Source: Synechococcales cyanobacterium VAR_4_metabat_354 (GTDB lineage: Bacteria; Cyanobacteriota; Cyanobacteriia; Cyanobacteriales; Chamaesiphonaceae). Taken from it: DNA of 64,000 nucleotides. Shown here one piece after another: positions 53,761-64,000 of this stretch. The translations under genes and the position numbers were made by a program. How positions within the stretch are numbered: position 1 is the first letter of the stretch; the number at the start of each line of letters is the position of its first letter. The stretch lies in NCBI GenBank assembly GCA_031414775.1, contig JANOQI010000026.1, forward strand, positions 1-64,000, given 5' to 3'. Under the pieces are notes generated by a model. That model was given only the letters and a program-made list of their open reading frames with translations, made no database searches and was not told where the DNA came from.

Positions 53761-54675
53761 ATGCAACGTAATGAAAGCGCCGCTGCCGATTTCTCCCAAA
53801 AGAAATGGCGTGCAGGGGGCGAGAAAGCGATCGAAATAGTCTTATTAATGGCAGCTTTGTCCTGTGTTGGAATTACTGTCTCGATTGTCGGAATTTTATT
53901 GTATGAGTCCTTTGGCTTTTTTCAGCAAGTTCCAATTCTCAGATTTTTAACCGATCCGATGTGGACACCTGGTACTGAACAGTATGGGGTGATGTCATTG
54001 GTATCAGGCACTTTGGTAACGACGATGGTAGCTTTGATCGTAGCTATTCCGGTGGGTACCATTGCCGCTATTTACCTCAGTGAATTTGCTAAACCTGCGG
54101 TGCGCGAAGTAGCAAAACCACTGCTGGAATTACTGGCCAGTATCCCGACTGTGGTTTATGGCTACTTTGCCTACCTTTTTGTTAGCCCAGTCTTGCAAGC
54201 GATTATTCCTGGTTTGGGTGGTTTTAGTATGCTCAGTGCCGGTTTGGTGATGGGGATTATGATTATTCCTTACATTAGCTCGGTCAGCGAAGATGCCATG
54301 CGGGCGGTGCCGGTGTATTTGCGGGAAGGATCGTTTGCGATGGGGGCAACCCGCTTGCAGACAACTTTGAATGTGGTTTTACCAGCTTCAATTTCGGGGA
54401 TTACGGCGGCTTATATTCTGGGTATCTCCAGAGCTATCGGTGAGACTATGGTGGTAGCGATCGCCGCTGGTGGTCAGCCCATTTTTACTTTGAACCCTTT
54501 AGAACCAGCACTGACTATTACAGCCTATATTGTCCAAATGTGTTTGGGAGATGTGCCCCACGGCAGCTTAGAGTATCAAACCATTTTTGCAGTGGGCTTG
54601 ACCCTGGTCATTATGACGCTGATTTTTAATATTATTGGTCATGTTTTGAAGAAGAAGTACCGTGAGACTTACTAG
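53761..54675 (+). CDS. pstC: phosphate ABC permease
   Basis: ELLASIPTVVYG, SRAIGETM. Confidence 0.93.
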   Translation: MQRNESAAADFSQKKWRAGGEKAIEIVLLMAALSCVGITVSIVGILLYESFGFFQQVPILRFLTDPMWTPGTEQYGVMSLVSGTLVTTMVALIVAIPVGTIAAIYLSEFAKPAVREVAKPLLELLASIPTVVYGYFAYLFVSPVLQAIIPGLGGFSMLSAGLVMGIMIIPYISSVSEDAMRAVPVYLREGSFAMGATRLQTTLNVVLPASISGITAAYILGISRAIGETMVVAIAAGGQPIFTLNPLEPALTITAYIVQMCLGDVPHGSLEYQTIFAVGLTLVIMTLIFNIIGHVLKKKYRETY

Positions 54676-54721
54676 TTAATTTAATGAATGATTGCTTCGT
54701 GACTTTACCCCCAAATGCTGT

Positions 54722-55669
54722 ATGACATTACCATCACATACTTCGATCCCTGGATACGAAGCACCTCCTCTGCAGGCAACGATCGCTAAAAGCAAACTAC
54801 TCGATCGGATCTTCATGATCCTGGGAGTGCTTTCTTTAGCCATCGCACTAGTTACCCTACTAGCGATGATTGGAAAGCTATTAATTGATGGTGCTCCTAA
54901 ACTCGACCTAGCATTCTTATTTTCTTTCCCTAGCTCCAAGGCGGCGAGCGCTGGAGTATTATCGGCCTGGGTTGGTAGTGGCTTGGTGATTTTGGTGACG
55001 GCGTTGGTGTCAGTGCCAATGGGAGTAGCCGCAGCGATTTATCTTGAGGAATACGCCCAAAAAGGCTGGCTCTCGGATTTGATTGAAATCAACGTTACCA
55101 ATTTAGCTGGGGTGCCCTCCATCATCTATGGTCTGCTGGGTTTAGGTTTGTTTAAATATGGACTAAACTTGGGTCAGAGTATTGCTACTGCTGGATTAAC
55201 TCTGTCGCTATTGGTATTACCCGTAGTAATTGTAACGACCAGGGAGGGGATTCGATCGATCCCTAGTAATATCCGGGAGGCAGCCTATGCCGTTGGGGCT
55301 ACTAAATGGCAGGTAATTTGGGATCACATTTTGCCCTACTCAACGGGTACAATATTAACAGGTGTGATTGTAGCGATTTCTCGAGCTTTTGGAGAAACAG
55401 CACCACTCATTACCATTGGTGCTTTGACTTTCATTGCTTTTTTACCAGATTCGCCTTTTCAGTCGTCATTTCCGTTCATCTCGTTCAACTGGCTGTTGTC
55501 TGGGTTTACGGTACTGCCGATTCAGATGTTTGATTGGGTAAACAGACCTGACCCCGAATTCCAACATAATGCCGCCGCCGCCGGAATTGTCATTATCGCT
55601 ATGACACTGTTGATGAATGGAGTAGCAATTTACTTCCGTTATCGCCTGCGCCGCAGCATCAAATGGTAA
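54722..55669 (+). CDS. pstA: phosphate ABC permease
   Basis: NLAGVPSIIYG, RAFGETAPL. Confidence 0.93.
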   Translation: MTLPSHTSIPGYEAPPLQATIAKSKLLDRIFMILGVLSLAIALVTLLAMIGKLLIDGAPKLDLAFLFSFPSSKAASAGVLSAWVGSGLVILVTALVSVPMGVAAAIYLEEYAQKGWLSDLIEINVTNLAGVPSIIYGLLGLGLFKYGLNLGQSIATAGLTLSLLVLPVVIVTTREGIRSIPSNIREAAYAVGATKWQVIWDHILPYSTGTILTGVIVAISRAFGETAPLITIGALTFIAFLPDSPFQSSFPFISFNWLLSGFTVLPIQMFDWVNRPDPEFQHNAAAAGIVIIAMTLLMNGVAIYFRYRLRRSIKW

Positions 55670-55693
55670 TTCTAACTTTATAACTCCTCCTAT

Positions 55694-56479
55694 ATGACAA
55701 CTTCTAATCTCCAAGAGTTTTCCAAGAAAGCTGAAGTCGATAAATTGAATTTTTACTATAACGGTGGTGTCCATGCCCTAAAAAATGTCACCATGCCGGT
55801 GTTCGATCGGAAGGTGACTGCCCTAATTGGTCCATCGGGTTGCGGTAAAACAACTTTGCTGCGCTGCTTTAATCGGATGCATGATCTGTATCCTGGCAAT
55901 CGCTATGAAGGTGATATTTGGCTAGACAAAGGAGTAAACTTACTAGGGCGCAAGGTTGATCCGATCGAAGTGCGGATGCGAATTAGTATGGTGTTCCAAA
56001 AGCCCAATCCCTTCCCCAAATCAATTTTCGAGAACGTGGCTTATGGGTTGCGAGTGCGCGGTGAGAGGAATCGCACGGTTCTAGAACAAAAAGTGGAAGA
56101 AGCGCTTAAAGATGCGGCAATTTGGAAGGAAGTAAAAGATCGCTTAAATGATCTGGCTTCTAGCTTGTCTGGTGGTCAGCAACAACGGCTTTGTATTGCC
56201 CGGGCATTGGTGACTCAACCAGAGATTCTGCTGCTGGATGAACCAACTTCGGCATTGGATCCGATCGCCACCGCCAGCATCGAAGAATTAATCACCGAAC
56301 TGCGGGAGCGCGTTACCATCCTCATTGTGACGCACAGTATGCAACAAGCCGCACGGGTCTCAGACTACACGGCCTTTATGTATCTGGGTCAGCTCGAAGA
56401 ATTCAACGAAACTGCCCAAATTTTTACACAGCCAGCTAATCAAAAAACGGCTGACTATGTTAGCGGTAGGTTTGGTTAG
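55694..56479 (+). CDS. pstB: phosphate ABC ATPase
   Basis: [30 protein letters not shown]. Confidence 0.95.
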   Translation: MTTSNLQEFSKKAEVDKLNFYYNGGVHALKNVTMPVFDRKVTALIGPSGCGKTTLLRCFNRMHDLYPGNRYEGDIWLDKGVNLLGRKVDPIEVRMRISMVFQKPNPFPKSIFENVAYGLRVRGERNRTVLEQKVEEALKDAAIWKEVKDRLNDLASSLSGGQQQRLCIARALVTQPEILLLDEPTSALDPIATASIEELITELRERVTILIVTHSMQQAARVSDYTAFMYLGQLEEFNETAQIFTQPANQKTADYVSGRFG

Positions 56480-56535
56480 AGCTGTGATATTTTGCTACCA
56501 ATAGTTTCACTTGGAACTGGTAGTGACCAGCTCAC

Positions 56536-56563
56536 AATCCCCTTTTTACGAAGGGGATTTTTT
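56536..56563 (+). terminator. intrinsic terminator of the pst operon
   Basis: AATCCCCTT-loop-AAGGGGATT followed by a T-run. Confidence 0.75.
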
Positions 56564-56707
56564 AGTGCAGTAATATTAAATCAAGAGATATGGGGGTGTG
56601 GAGTATGACGAGATCGTTGAGAATACCGATTGCTGGTAAAACTTTCAGGCCACCACATCATCACCTGCTAAAATAATCAGCGACCTCTCACAATCGCCAT
56701 CGCTACA

Positions 56708-57394
56708 ATGCTCCGCATCATCACCGACTTCGACGGCCCCATCATGGACGTTTCTGAGCGTTACTATCAAGTCTACCTACTCTGCCTCCAGCAAACCCAA
56801 ACCCCCCAGCAAAAAATCACCACCCTCACCAAAAAAGAATTTTGGGCACTCAAACGCGCCCAAATCCCAGAAATCGAAATCGGGATCAAATCAGGCTTAG
56901 ACCCTAAGCAAGCGATCGACTTCAGCCAGCGCCGCAAACAACAAGTCCATCAGCTAGAGTATTTGAAGTTCGATCGACTAATTCCTACCGCTCCAGCCGC
57001 CTTAACCAAAATCCAAACTGCCCACATCGATTTAGTCGTGATGACCATGCGTCGCGTCAAAGAACTAGATACTGCCCTCAACCAGGCAAATCTACATCAA
57101 TTTTTCCCACCAACCAGTCGTTACTGTCTCAGCAACGATTATATTAAAACCAAAGACGTTACCGACAAACCCCTGCTGATGGCCAGAGCCGCCGCCGAAC
57201 TCCCCTCAGCCAGTCAAACCTGGATGATTGGAGACACCGAAGCCGATATCGCTGCCGCTTATAGTAAAGATATCCCCTTTATTGGAGTGCTATCCGGCAT
57301 CCGCGACCAGGCCAACCTCGCTCAACACCAACCGCTAGCGATCGTTCCCGATCTAGCCGCAGCCGTCGATTATATTTTGGCCACTATTTCATAA
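56708..57394 (+). CDS. HAD family hydrolase
   Basis: DFDGP motif I, MIGDTEAD motif IV. Confidence 0.9.
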   Translation: MLRIITDFDGPIMDVSERYYQVYLLCLQQTQTPQQKITTLTKKEFWALKRAQIPEIEIGIKSGLDPKQAIDFSQRRKQQVHQLEYLKFDRLIPTAPAALTKIQTAHIDLVVMTMRRVKELDTALNQANLHQFFPPTSRYCLSNDYIKTKDVTDKPLLMARAAAELPSASQTWMIGDTEADIAAAYSKDIPFIGVLSGIRDQANLAQHQPLAIVPDLAAAVDYILATIS

Positions 57395-58013
57395 AGCTAC
57401 TAATTACCCACAACACTACTAGGGTCAAGAGGGTGGCAATTTTTTCAGCACTAATCGGCAAGCTGCCGATCGGCAGATGACCAACATTGATAATTAGCAT
57501 GGCCAACACAATACTAGCCACTACCCCTAGGCCAGTAATCAGGAAAGCTCGACCCAAGCGACTAATCTTAGAATTCAAAAAGAAGAGTGTAAAAGCCGCT
57601 GCTACTGCTAAAACTGTTGGCAGAGAAGATTCCGCAGTACCAGGCAAGGACACGATGGTGGCCAGAGAAGCAATGACACCGGAAGTAATTGCTAAGTCTT
57701 TACTTCTGGGTTTTTCTACCAGTTCGCCTAGCCAGCCCGGCGAAATATTAATTTGGGGAGGTGCCAGTTTTGGCAAGGACAGTGTTTGAACAGACTTTTC
57801 AGGGAACCGAATTCCTTCGGGCACGCTGATCTTACCCTCTTGACGAAGTTTAAGCCGATCCATCAAAATCGAGTCATAGGCTGCTTCAATACTTTCGAGC
57901 AATTGCGGATCGCTGTGATGCTTCTGTTGGAGACGTTGCTTGGCTGCTTGGATTTCCTCAAAAGAAGCATCAATATTAATGCCGAGCCGTTCATAGGGGG
58001 TTTGTTGACTCAT
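57384..58013 (-). CDS. CPP1-like (J-like domain) membrane protein
   Basis: PYERLG..ASFEEIQ, IEAAYD.ILM.RL..RQEGKI; C-terminal TM segments. Confidence 0.85.
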   Translation of the reverse strand: MSQQTPYERLGINIDASFEEIQAAKQRLQQKHHSDPQLLESIEAAYDSILMDRLKLRQEGKISVPEGIRFPEKSVQTLSLPKLAPPQINISPGWLGELVEKPRSKDLAITSGVIASLATIVSLPGTAESSLPTVLAVAAAFTLFFLNSKISRLGRAFLITGLGVVASIVLAMLIINVGHLPIGSLPISAEKIATLLTLVVLWVISSFMK

Positions 58014-58153
58014 GTTTTTGTGCAAATTACAGTCCACCAGCACTACTACTTTAAAATGCTTCGCTGAAATTGGCTAACTATTTGGGGCTGACTTTACAAT
58101 TTGCAACTGGATACCCTGGTGGCCGGGAACTTCTAATTGGTTACTTTAGGTAA

Positions 58154-60256
58154 TTACCGCCAGATTTTTTGCACTCCCGGCACATCCAGCAAATAACTTT
58201 GCACCACCTCTAGGGCAAATCGATCAGGTAAAACCTGTTGAAATTTGCTAAACCGATAACCAGGCATGTTGTTCATCAGGTAGCTAATGGTGGCTGGTTC
58301 TTGCCAAAACTCGGTCGTTAAGACCTCTGTCATCGTTTTGCTGAGAGTACCAACCCCTAAACTAGCTCCCTCAATGCGCAACTTAAAGTTATCTACTCTC
58401 ACTTTCCAGCCATGGGATCTCTGAATTCCATATTTGAGGGTGTGGTTAATTTGACCACCGCCAAATGTCCACCAGGTGGCCTGTTCGCCTTCCCATTCGA
58501 TGCATTGTTGCTGGCCGCGCAGTTTTTGACCCAGATCAGTGCGGTAATTATCGATCGATACCTGAGCTAATCGATCGATATAGGAAAACTGCTCATCAGA
58601 TTTGAGGATCTGAGCCATCGCTTGGCATAGTTCAAAACTCAGTAACTGAGGGATGAAGCCTCCCCAGCTGGGTTTCTTGCCGATCGGGTTACCACGGACT
58701 AGGACAGTACGATTGTCGTGGTTGACTAAGCTGACCACCCAAGGCCGACCGCCCAGTAAAAAGGAGCTAATTTCTGGTACTAGCTTATCCACAAAAGTTT
58801 GCTCTAGCGAGCCGATCGTATATCCGACACTAGTCTGAACTTGGTAGAGTTGCGGGCTACTAAACACTGCGTAGAGTTCCATAAAGTTGCGGCGGCCAAA
58901 GACTTTTTCGGCCTGGTTACCTAGAGACAACAACCCATTAGCACTGAATAGAAAATCTTTTTGAATCATATGCTGAATCAAAAAATCAAATTCGGACTGA
59001 CTAACCCCGGCAAAATCAGGAACGATCGATAGCTGCTCCCAGCAGTCCGAGCGGCTAATACTCCCAAACTGGAGCGCTAATGCAAAGAGCTGATGGACTA
59101 GTACTGTCCAGGTGCGATTAGCGACCTGGACCGACTCTACCCAGCCTTGCTTCGCTAGCTCGACGATGGCGATCGCTTGTAGTAGTGTCTCGGTATTTTC
59201 GGTAAAAAAGGTGGTGTTAGCCATCGAACCAGCCCGTCTTCCTGTCCGCCCCAAGCGCTGTAAAAAGGAAGAAACGGTAGTGGGCGCATTGGCTTGCAAG
59301 ACGGTATCCAGGTCGCCCACATCAATTCCTAGTTCGAGGGTGGAGGTGCAGACAATGCAAGTATCCCGCCCCTGCTGAAAACGCTCTTCCGCCATGGTGC
59401 GCTCTTCTAATGAAACGGAACTGTGATGGACAAAAACATCAGTGCCACACTGGCGTAGCCGCTCGGCAATATCTTCGGATAGAGAGCGGCTTTGACAAAA
59501 GAACAGACTTTTTTTGCCCCGCGCTAGTCCACTGGCATCACTGGCGATCGATCCTAAAGTTTCCCGGAGATAGACCCGAATATCGCGTTTGGTGGGTACT
59601 TTGGGTGGTTCCACCACCTGGCCGGGTCGTTTAGAACTACCCCGTAACCAAGTCAAAATAGCGGTCGGGTTGCCGACGGTGGCACTCAGACCAACGCGCT
59701 GGATGTCGTGCCGGGTGAATTTGGTGAGCCGCTCTAGCACCGATAGCAAATGAGCACCCCGATCGGTTCCAGCGATCGCATGAATTTCATCAATTACTAC
59801 TGCCCGCAGATCTTTAAATAATTCAACCTGCGGCACCTTAGGCGAAAGCAGCATTACTTCTAAAGACTCCGGCGTAGTCATCAGCACCGCACTGGGGTTG
59901 GCTAAAAAAGCCTTCTTTTTACTAGCCGTGATGTCGCCATGCCACAAAAAGCGCTCTAAGCCAACCATTTCGGTATAAAGCCCCAATCGATCAGACTGGT
60001 TATTCAGCAGTGCTTTAATCGGGGCAATATAAATCACCCCGACACCAGTCGGCTCCTCTGCCACTAGTTGCGCCAAAAGCGGAAACATCGCTGCTTCGGT
60101 TTTGCCGCCAGCAGTGGGAGCTAATACGATCGCGTTATGGCCATCCAACAACGCTTGGCTAGCCAGTTCTTGGACGGGACGTAAGCTAGACCACCCCACC
60201 TGAGAGACGATCGCTTCTTGGAGGCGTAGCGGGAAGCGCTGAAAAGCTGAATCCAT
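58154..60256 (-). CDS. Lhr-related DEAD/DEAH helicase (BrxHI-like)
   Basis: APTAGGKTEA, TTPESLE, DEIH, SAT, HHSS, STLELGIDVG, QRLGRTGRR. Confidence 0.85.
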   Translation of the reverse strand: MDSAFQRFPLRLQEAIVSQVGWSSLRPVQELASQALLDGHNAIVLAPTAGGKTEAAMFPLLAQLVAEEPTGVGVIYIAPIKALLNNQSDRLGLYTEMVGLERFLWHGDITASKKKAFLANPSAVLMTTPESLEVMLLSPKVPQVELFKDLRAVVIDEIHAIAGTDRGAHLLSVLERLTKFTRHDIQRVGLSATVGNPTAILTWLRGSSKRPGQVVEPPKVPTKRDIRVYLRETLGSIASDASGLARGKKSLFFCQSRSLSEDIAERLRQCGTDVFVHHSSVSLEERTMAEERFQQGRDTCIVCTSTLELGIDVGDLDTVLQANAPTTVSSFLQRLGRTGRRAGSMANTTFFTENTETLLQAIAIVELAKQGWVESVQVANRTWTVLVHQLFALALQFGSISRSDCWEQLSIVPDFAGVSQSEFDFLIQHMIQKDFLFSANGLLSLGNQAEKVFGRRNFMELYAVFSSPQLYQVQTSVGYTIGSLEQTFVDKLVPEISSFLLGGRPWVVSLVNHDNRTVLVRGNPIGKKPSWGGFIPQLLSFELCQAMAQILKSDEQFSYIDRLAQVSIDNYRTDLGQKLRGQQQCIEWEGEQATWWTFGGGQINHTLKYGIQRSHGWKVRVDNFKLRIEGASLGVGTLSKTMTEVLTTEFWQEPATISYLMNNMPGYRFSKFQQVLPDRFALEVVQSYLLDVPGVQKIWR

Positions 60257-60276
60257 AGTTATTATTTACTCAATAG

Positions 60277-61797
60277 TTATTGCTCATTAACTTGGTGAAT
60301 ATTCTCCCGCCCGAAAGTTTCAGTAATACTCAGCAATTGTTGCTCAATTTCTGGGGTGATTTCACTGCTGTGGTAACGCCACTGCCAGTTGTCAGCGATG
60401 GTGCTTGGTAGATTCATCCGGGCCTCATGACCCAGCCCCAACACGTCTTGCATTGGTAAAATCACCTGATTAGCCACGGAGCTAAAAGCGATCCGAATCA
60501 AGTCCCAGTTAATGCCCATACTGGAGATGCCGCCCAAATAGCGCAGTACTCGATCGCGTTCATAGCTCTCGGTGCTATTGAACCAACCGACAGTAGTGTC
60601 GTTATCGTGGGTGCCGGTATAAACTACAAAATTGCGGTCGTGGTTGAAAGGTAAAAAGCCATTGGCATTATCCGAGCCAAAGGCAAACTGCAACACCTTC
60701 ATGCCAGGAAAATTAAATTTATCCCGCAGAGCCTCCACCTCGGGGGTAATAACCCCCAAATCTTCGGCCAAAATTGGTAAATGACCTAACTGCTTTTCTA
60801 GTTCCTGAAAAAACTCGATACCAGGGGCGACTACCCACTGACCATTTTCGGCTGTTTTTTCGCCCTGAGGCACTGCCCAGTAAGCCTCAAACCCCCGAAA
60901 ATGATCGATACGAATGATATCGACCAAGTTAAGCAAGGCGCGAAAGCGACTGATCCACCAAGCAAAATTGGTTTTTTCGAGATGTTCCCAGTTATAAACC
61001 GGATTGCCCCACAGCTGGCCAGTTTCACTAAAATAATCCGGCGGTACTCCAGCCATCATTGCCGCCGCACCGGTTTCGGGGTCTAATTGAAAGCTGGCCT
61101 GGTTTGCCCAGACATCAGCACTATCGTGAGCAACATAGATCGGAATATCTCCGATAATTTGAATGCCTCGATCGCGAGCATAGGCTTTTAGCATCAGCCA
61201 TTGGCGATGAAAAACAAACTGGACAAACTGATAGTAAAAAATCCGATCAATCAATAGTTCTTGATGTTCAGTAATAGCCTCGGGTTTACGCCCAGCGATC
61301 GATTGCGGCCATTCATACCAAGGAGCATCTTGATAATGCTCATGCACTGCCATAAACAGGGCATATTCGGGTAGCCAGTGCGCCTGCTCCTGCACAAACT
61401 TTTGAAAATCTTGGTGATCTTCAACTTCGCCATGATGACGGAAATGAGCACAAGCTAAGTCTAATATTTCAATTTTGGCTGCAATAACTTGATCGAAATC
61501 AACTTCTAAGGAGGGAAAATCTGGCAGCTTGTTTAGATCTGCTGTTTGAACCCAGTCACTAGCTACTAATCTATCCAAACTAATCAGGAGCGGATTACCA
61601 GCGATTGCCGAGTAGCAAAGATAGGGCGAATTGCCATAACCCGTTGGCCCCAGGGGTAAGATCTGCCAATAGGTTTGCTTGGTACGTTGGAGAAAATCGA
61701 TAAACTCATAGGCACTATCCCCTAAATCCCCAATGCCGTAGGGACTGGGTAGGGAGGTGGGATGGAGCAAGATGCCGCTGGAACGAGGAAAAGTCAT
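60277..61797 (-). CDS. malQ: 4-alpha-glucanotransferase
   Basis: [42 protein letters not shown]. Confidence 0.96.
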   Translation of the reverse strand: MTFPRSSGILLHPTSLPSPYGIGDLGDSAYEFIDFLQRTKQTYWQILPLGPTGYGNSPYLCYSAIAGNPLLISLDRLVASDWVQTADLNKLPDFPSLEVDFDQVIAAKIEILDLACAHFRHHGEVEDHQDFQKFVQEQAHWLPEYALFMAVHEHYQDAPWYEWPQSIAGRKPEAITEHQELLIDRIFYYQFVQFVFHRQWLMLKAYARDRGIQIIGDIPIYVAHDSADVWANQASFQLDPETGAAAMMAGVPPDYFSETGQLWGNPVYNWEHLEKTNFAWWISRFRALLNLVDIIRIDHFRGFEAYWAVPQGEKTAENGQWVVAPGIEFFQELEKQLGHLPILAEDLGVITPEVEALRDKFNFPGMKVLQFAFGSDNANGFLPFNHDRNFVVYTGTHDNDTTVGWFNSTESYERDRVLRYLGGISSMGINWDLIRIAFSSVANQVILPMQDVLGLGHEARMNLPSTIADNWQWRYHSSEITPEIEQQLLSITETFGRENIHQVNEQ

Positions 61798-61893
61798 AGG
61801 AGTAGTGCGGGGAGAAACTTCAGTCTGGGGAAGCTGAGACTAATACCCAATAATATATGGGAAGATTGGAACACAATCGCAACAATATTTGCC

Positions 61894-62331
61894 GTGGCTT
61901 ACCGTAACCCAATCCCGACCGTCGATATTATTATTGAATTGATCGATCGATCAGATTGTCCGATCGTCTTGATTGAAAGATGTAATAAACCCCTGGGCTG
62001 GGCTTTACCAGGCGGTTTTGTGGACTATGGAGAATCCCTAGAAACAGCAGCGATCAGAGAGGCACTAGAAGAAACTAGCCTGACAGTGCAGTTGGTGGAA
62101 CAGTTCTATACTTACTCCGATCCCCAGCGCGATCCCCGTCAACACACTCTCAGTCAGGTGTTTATTGCTACTGCTACTGGCACCCCCCAGGCTCAAGATG
62201 ATGCTAAAAGCCTAGATATTTTTAGTCTGGCCGCGATTCCCGCTGATCTGTGCTTCGACCATAGCCAAATCTTGGCTGACTATCGACGCTATCGTCTAGA
62301 AGGATTGCGCCCTCGCCTAGCAAAGCAGTGA
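61894..62331 (+). CDS. NUDIX hydrolase
   Basis: [23 protein letters not shown]udix box; GTG start inferred. Confidence 0.9.
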   Translation: MAYRNPIPTVDIIIELIDRSDCPIVLIERCNKPLGWALPGGFVDYGESLETAAIREALEETSLTVQLVEQFYTYSDPQRDPRQHTLSQVFIATATGTPQAQDDAKSLDIFSLAAIPADLCFDHSQILADYRRYRLEGLRPRLAKQ

Positions 62332-62388
62332 TAAACTAATCTAACAGGGGTGAGCGCCGCCGAACCCCTGTTAGATTAGTTTATCACT
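62327..62388. terminator. perfect 25-bp inverted repeat between convergent genes
   Basis: AGTGATAAACTAATCTAACAGGGGT-N12-ACCCCTGTTAGATTAGTTTATCACT. Confidence 0.7.
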
Positions 62389-63228
62389 CTTTAATTGCCA
62401 CAGTTGGGTTTGATAGCAAAGATGCTTATCAAAAATATCATTGGAAGTCAGTCCTTCTTCAATTACCTTGCCAAAGATTGGAGTAAGAATGCGTTTGAGC
62501 AGAGCATAGATCGGTGGTACGGCAATCATCACCAAATCGCTGAGATACTTGATCGTAGTCATCCCAAAACTCTTAAACATAAAAACATACAAGTCTAGAC
62601 TCGGCCGTACCTTATCAGAAATATCTTCTTCTTTAACTAGCTGAAAGCCCGCATCCGTCATGGCGGCTTGGAGTTCTGATAGTAAGCGACAGTTAGAATA
62701 AATGCCCGAAGTGTAATTCGCATCCAATAACATCATGTCGCACATTAAAACATGGCCATGGGGAACTAGGAGTTTGGCCGCGCCCTGAGCAATATCTTTA
62801 GCATTAATATATTGTGTACTTTCGCTAAATAGCAACATGTCGTATTTAGTAGCCGACTGAAAATCTTCAAACCGACTGAGATGAAACTTGGATTCACCCT
62901 TGGTATTGTATAAGTACTTTTCTTGTTGTAATTGGTCGGGAGCCAAACCTTCGATGGTGAAGCCTTGGGCTGACAAATAGACTGAATTACCCCCAATGCC
63001 ACAGCCTACATCCAGAATGTGCTTGACTCCAGCTGGAATAAAAGAAGCTAAATGTTTGATGTAAGCCGCTTGGGCGATGCGCAAGTTAGCTGCCGTTAAA
63101 TCATCGTCAGAGGCGGGCGGATTTTCCCAGTATCCATAGTGAAGATAGATAGAATCGGTCAGCCCGAGGTAATATTCCAGTGCGGCATTTTGGTAACGAG
63201 TGTGCTTAGGGATTTTGACCGATTGCAT
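62371..63228 (-). CDS. class I SAM-dependent methyltransferase
   Basis: LHYGYW, ILDVGCGIGG. Confidence 0.88.
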   Translation of the reverse strand: MQSVKIPKHTRYQNAALEYYLGLTDSIYLHYGYWENPPASDDDLTAANLRIAQAAYIKHLASFIPAGVKHILDVGCGIGGNSVYLSAQGFTIEGLAPDQLQQEKYLYNTKGESKFHLSRFEDFQSATKYDMLLFSESTQYINAKDIAQGAAKLLVPHGHVLMCDMMLLDANYTSGIYSNCRLLSELQAAMTDAGFQLVKEEDISDKVRPSLDLYVFMFKSFGMTTIKYLSDLVMIAVPPIYALLKRILTPIFGKVIEEGLTSNDIFDKHLCYQTQLWQLKSDKLI

Positions 63229-63455
63229 ATTTCACTTTAGATAGTAGTTATGGGTATTTCGATATGGGAATGCGTCCAATCAATCCTTTCTTCAGCAAAT
63301 TAGGACGCTCTAACTAGGCCATTGTTCCATGGGGTTTATGGTGATAAAGACTGTGGCCATCACCGAATTCATAGGATAACCTATCATGCTTTAGACAATT
63401 ATTCTGATATTTGTTGATCAGCCTGCCCTCAAGCTTATTGTTCTATGGTTTTTAG

Positions 63456-64000
63456 CTAATTTAGAGAATTGGGCGGTATTGATTTTTGCAATTCTTCGAT
63501 CTGAGCATAGGTGTTTTGGAAGCGTTGGTGTATTTCTGCTAGTCCCAGCGGCTGGGCTTCTTGATCAGGGATGGTCGTTAAGTCATTTTCTAACGAATTT
63601 AACGAGTCTTGTATTCGTGTTAGAGCCAAAGTGAATTGAATTCTATTACTGGGGGAAAGTGTCGCTGGTAGGCTGTTGGTCTTGGCCTGATCATTAGCGA
63701 GAACGTGCTGAAGTCTTTTTCGTTCTAGTAAATTGAGGATGCGTAAGATAATTTCTGGTTCAACTACTGGCTTGGTGACAAAATCATCAGCGCCGATCGC
63801 AAATACTTCCTGAATTAAACTGGAAGCATTATGAGCAGTCAGAAAAATAATTGGCAATTTTGACCAATCTGGGTGATTGCGGACTCTGCGACATAGCTCC
63901 AATCCATCGATATCAGGCATTTCTACATCCAGAATCAAGAGATTAGGTTGGACTGCGTTTACCACCGCCCAAAATTGCCGGGGGTCAGATAAAGTGGTGA
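63456..64000 (-). CDS. response regulator, C-terminal part (5' end beyond the window)
   Basis: LILDVEMP..DGLELC, FLTAH, GADDFVTKP. Confidence 0.85.
   Translation of the reverse strand, partial: TTLSDPRQFWAVVNAVQPNLLILDVEMPDIDGLELCRRVRNHPDWSKLPIIFLTAHNASSLIQEVFAIGADDFVTKPVVEPEIILRILNLLERKRLQHVLANDQAKTNSLPATLSPSNRIQFTLALTRIQDSLNSLENDLTTIPDQEAQPLGLAEIHQRFQNTYAQIEELQKSIPPNSLN

Overview
This is a cyanobacterial chromosome segment; the HIP1 core CGATCG is very frequent, often in non-canonical flanks such as TCGATCGA. Most of it is housekeeping: ppx, pilBTC, grpE-dnaK-dnaJ-tusA-rsgA, glgP, cruG-like, tex, miaB, prfB (with the +1 frameshift), tatA, pth, PSRP-3, ruvB, pstSCAB and malQ. There are two iron-stress loci. 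The first has a ferritin-like gene, a 2Fe-2S protein, an IsaR1-like sRNA and an SLH-less porin. The second is isiA-psaL fusion/isiA/isiA-like/isiB/isiC plus two small ORFs, preceded by a cobalamin riboswitch and a DUF1636 gene. Three accessory patches are present: 1-1.7 kb, 7.7-8.3 kb and 32.3-36.8 kb. The last is the most unusual. It is a mosaic of gene cassettes (two toxin-antitoxin pairs, a heptad-repeat gene and a foreign-looking HAD gene fragment) separated by short direct repeats or junctions at CGATCG, with 24-nt mini-insertions in the same motif and no integrase nearby. Two unlinked small ORFs share an unannotated 'QWEEV' motif. All family calls come from motif recognition, not from database searches.
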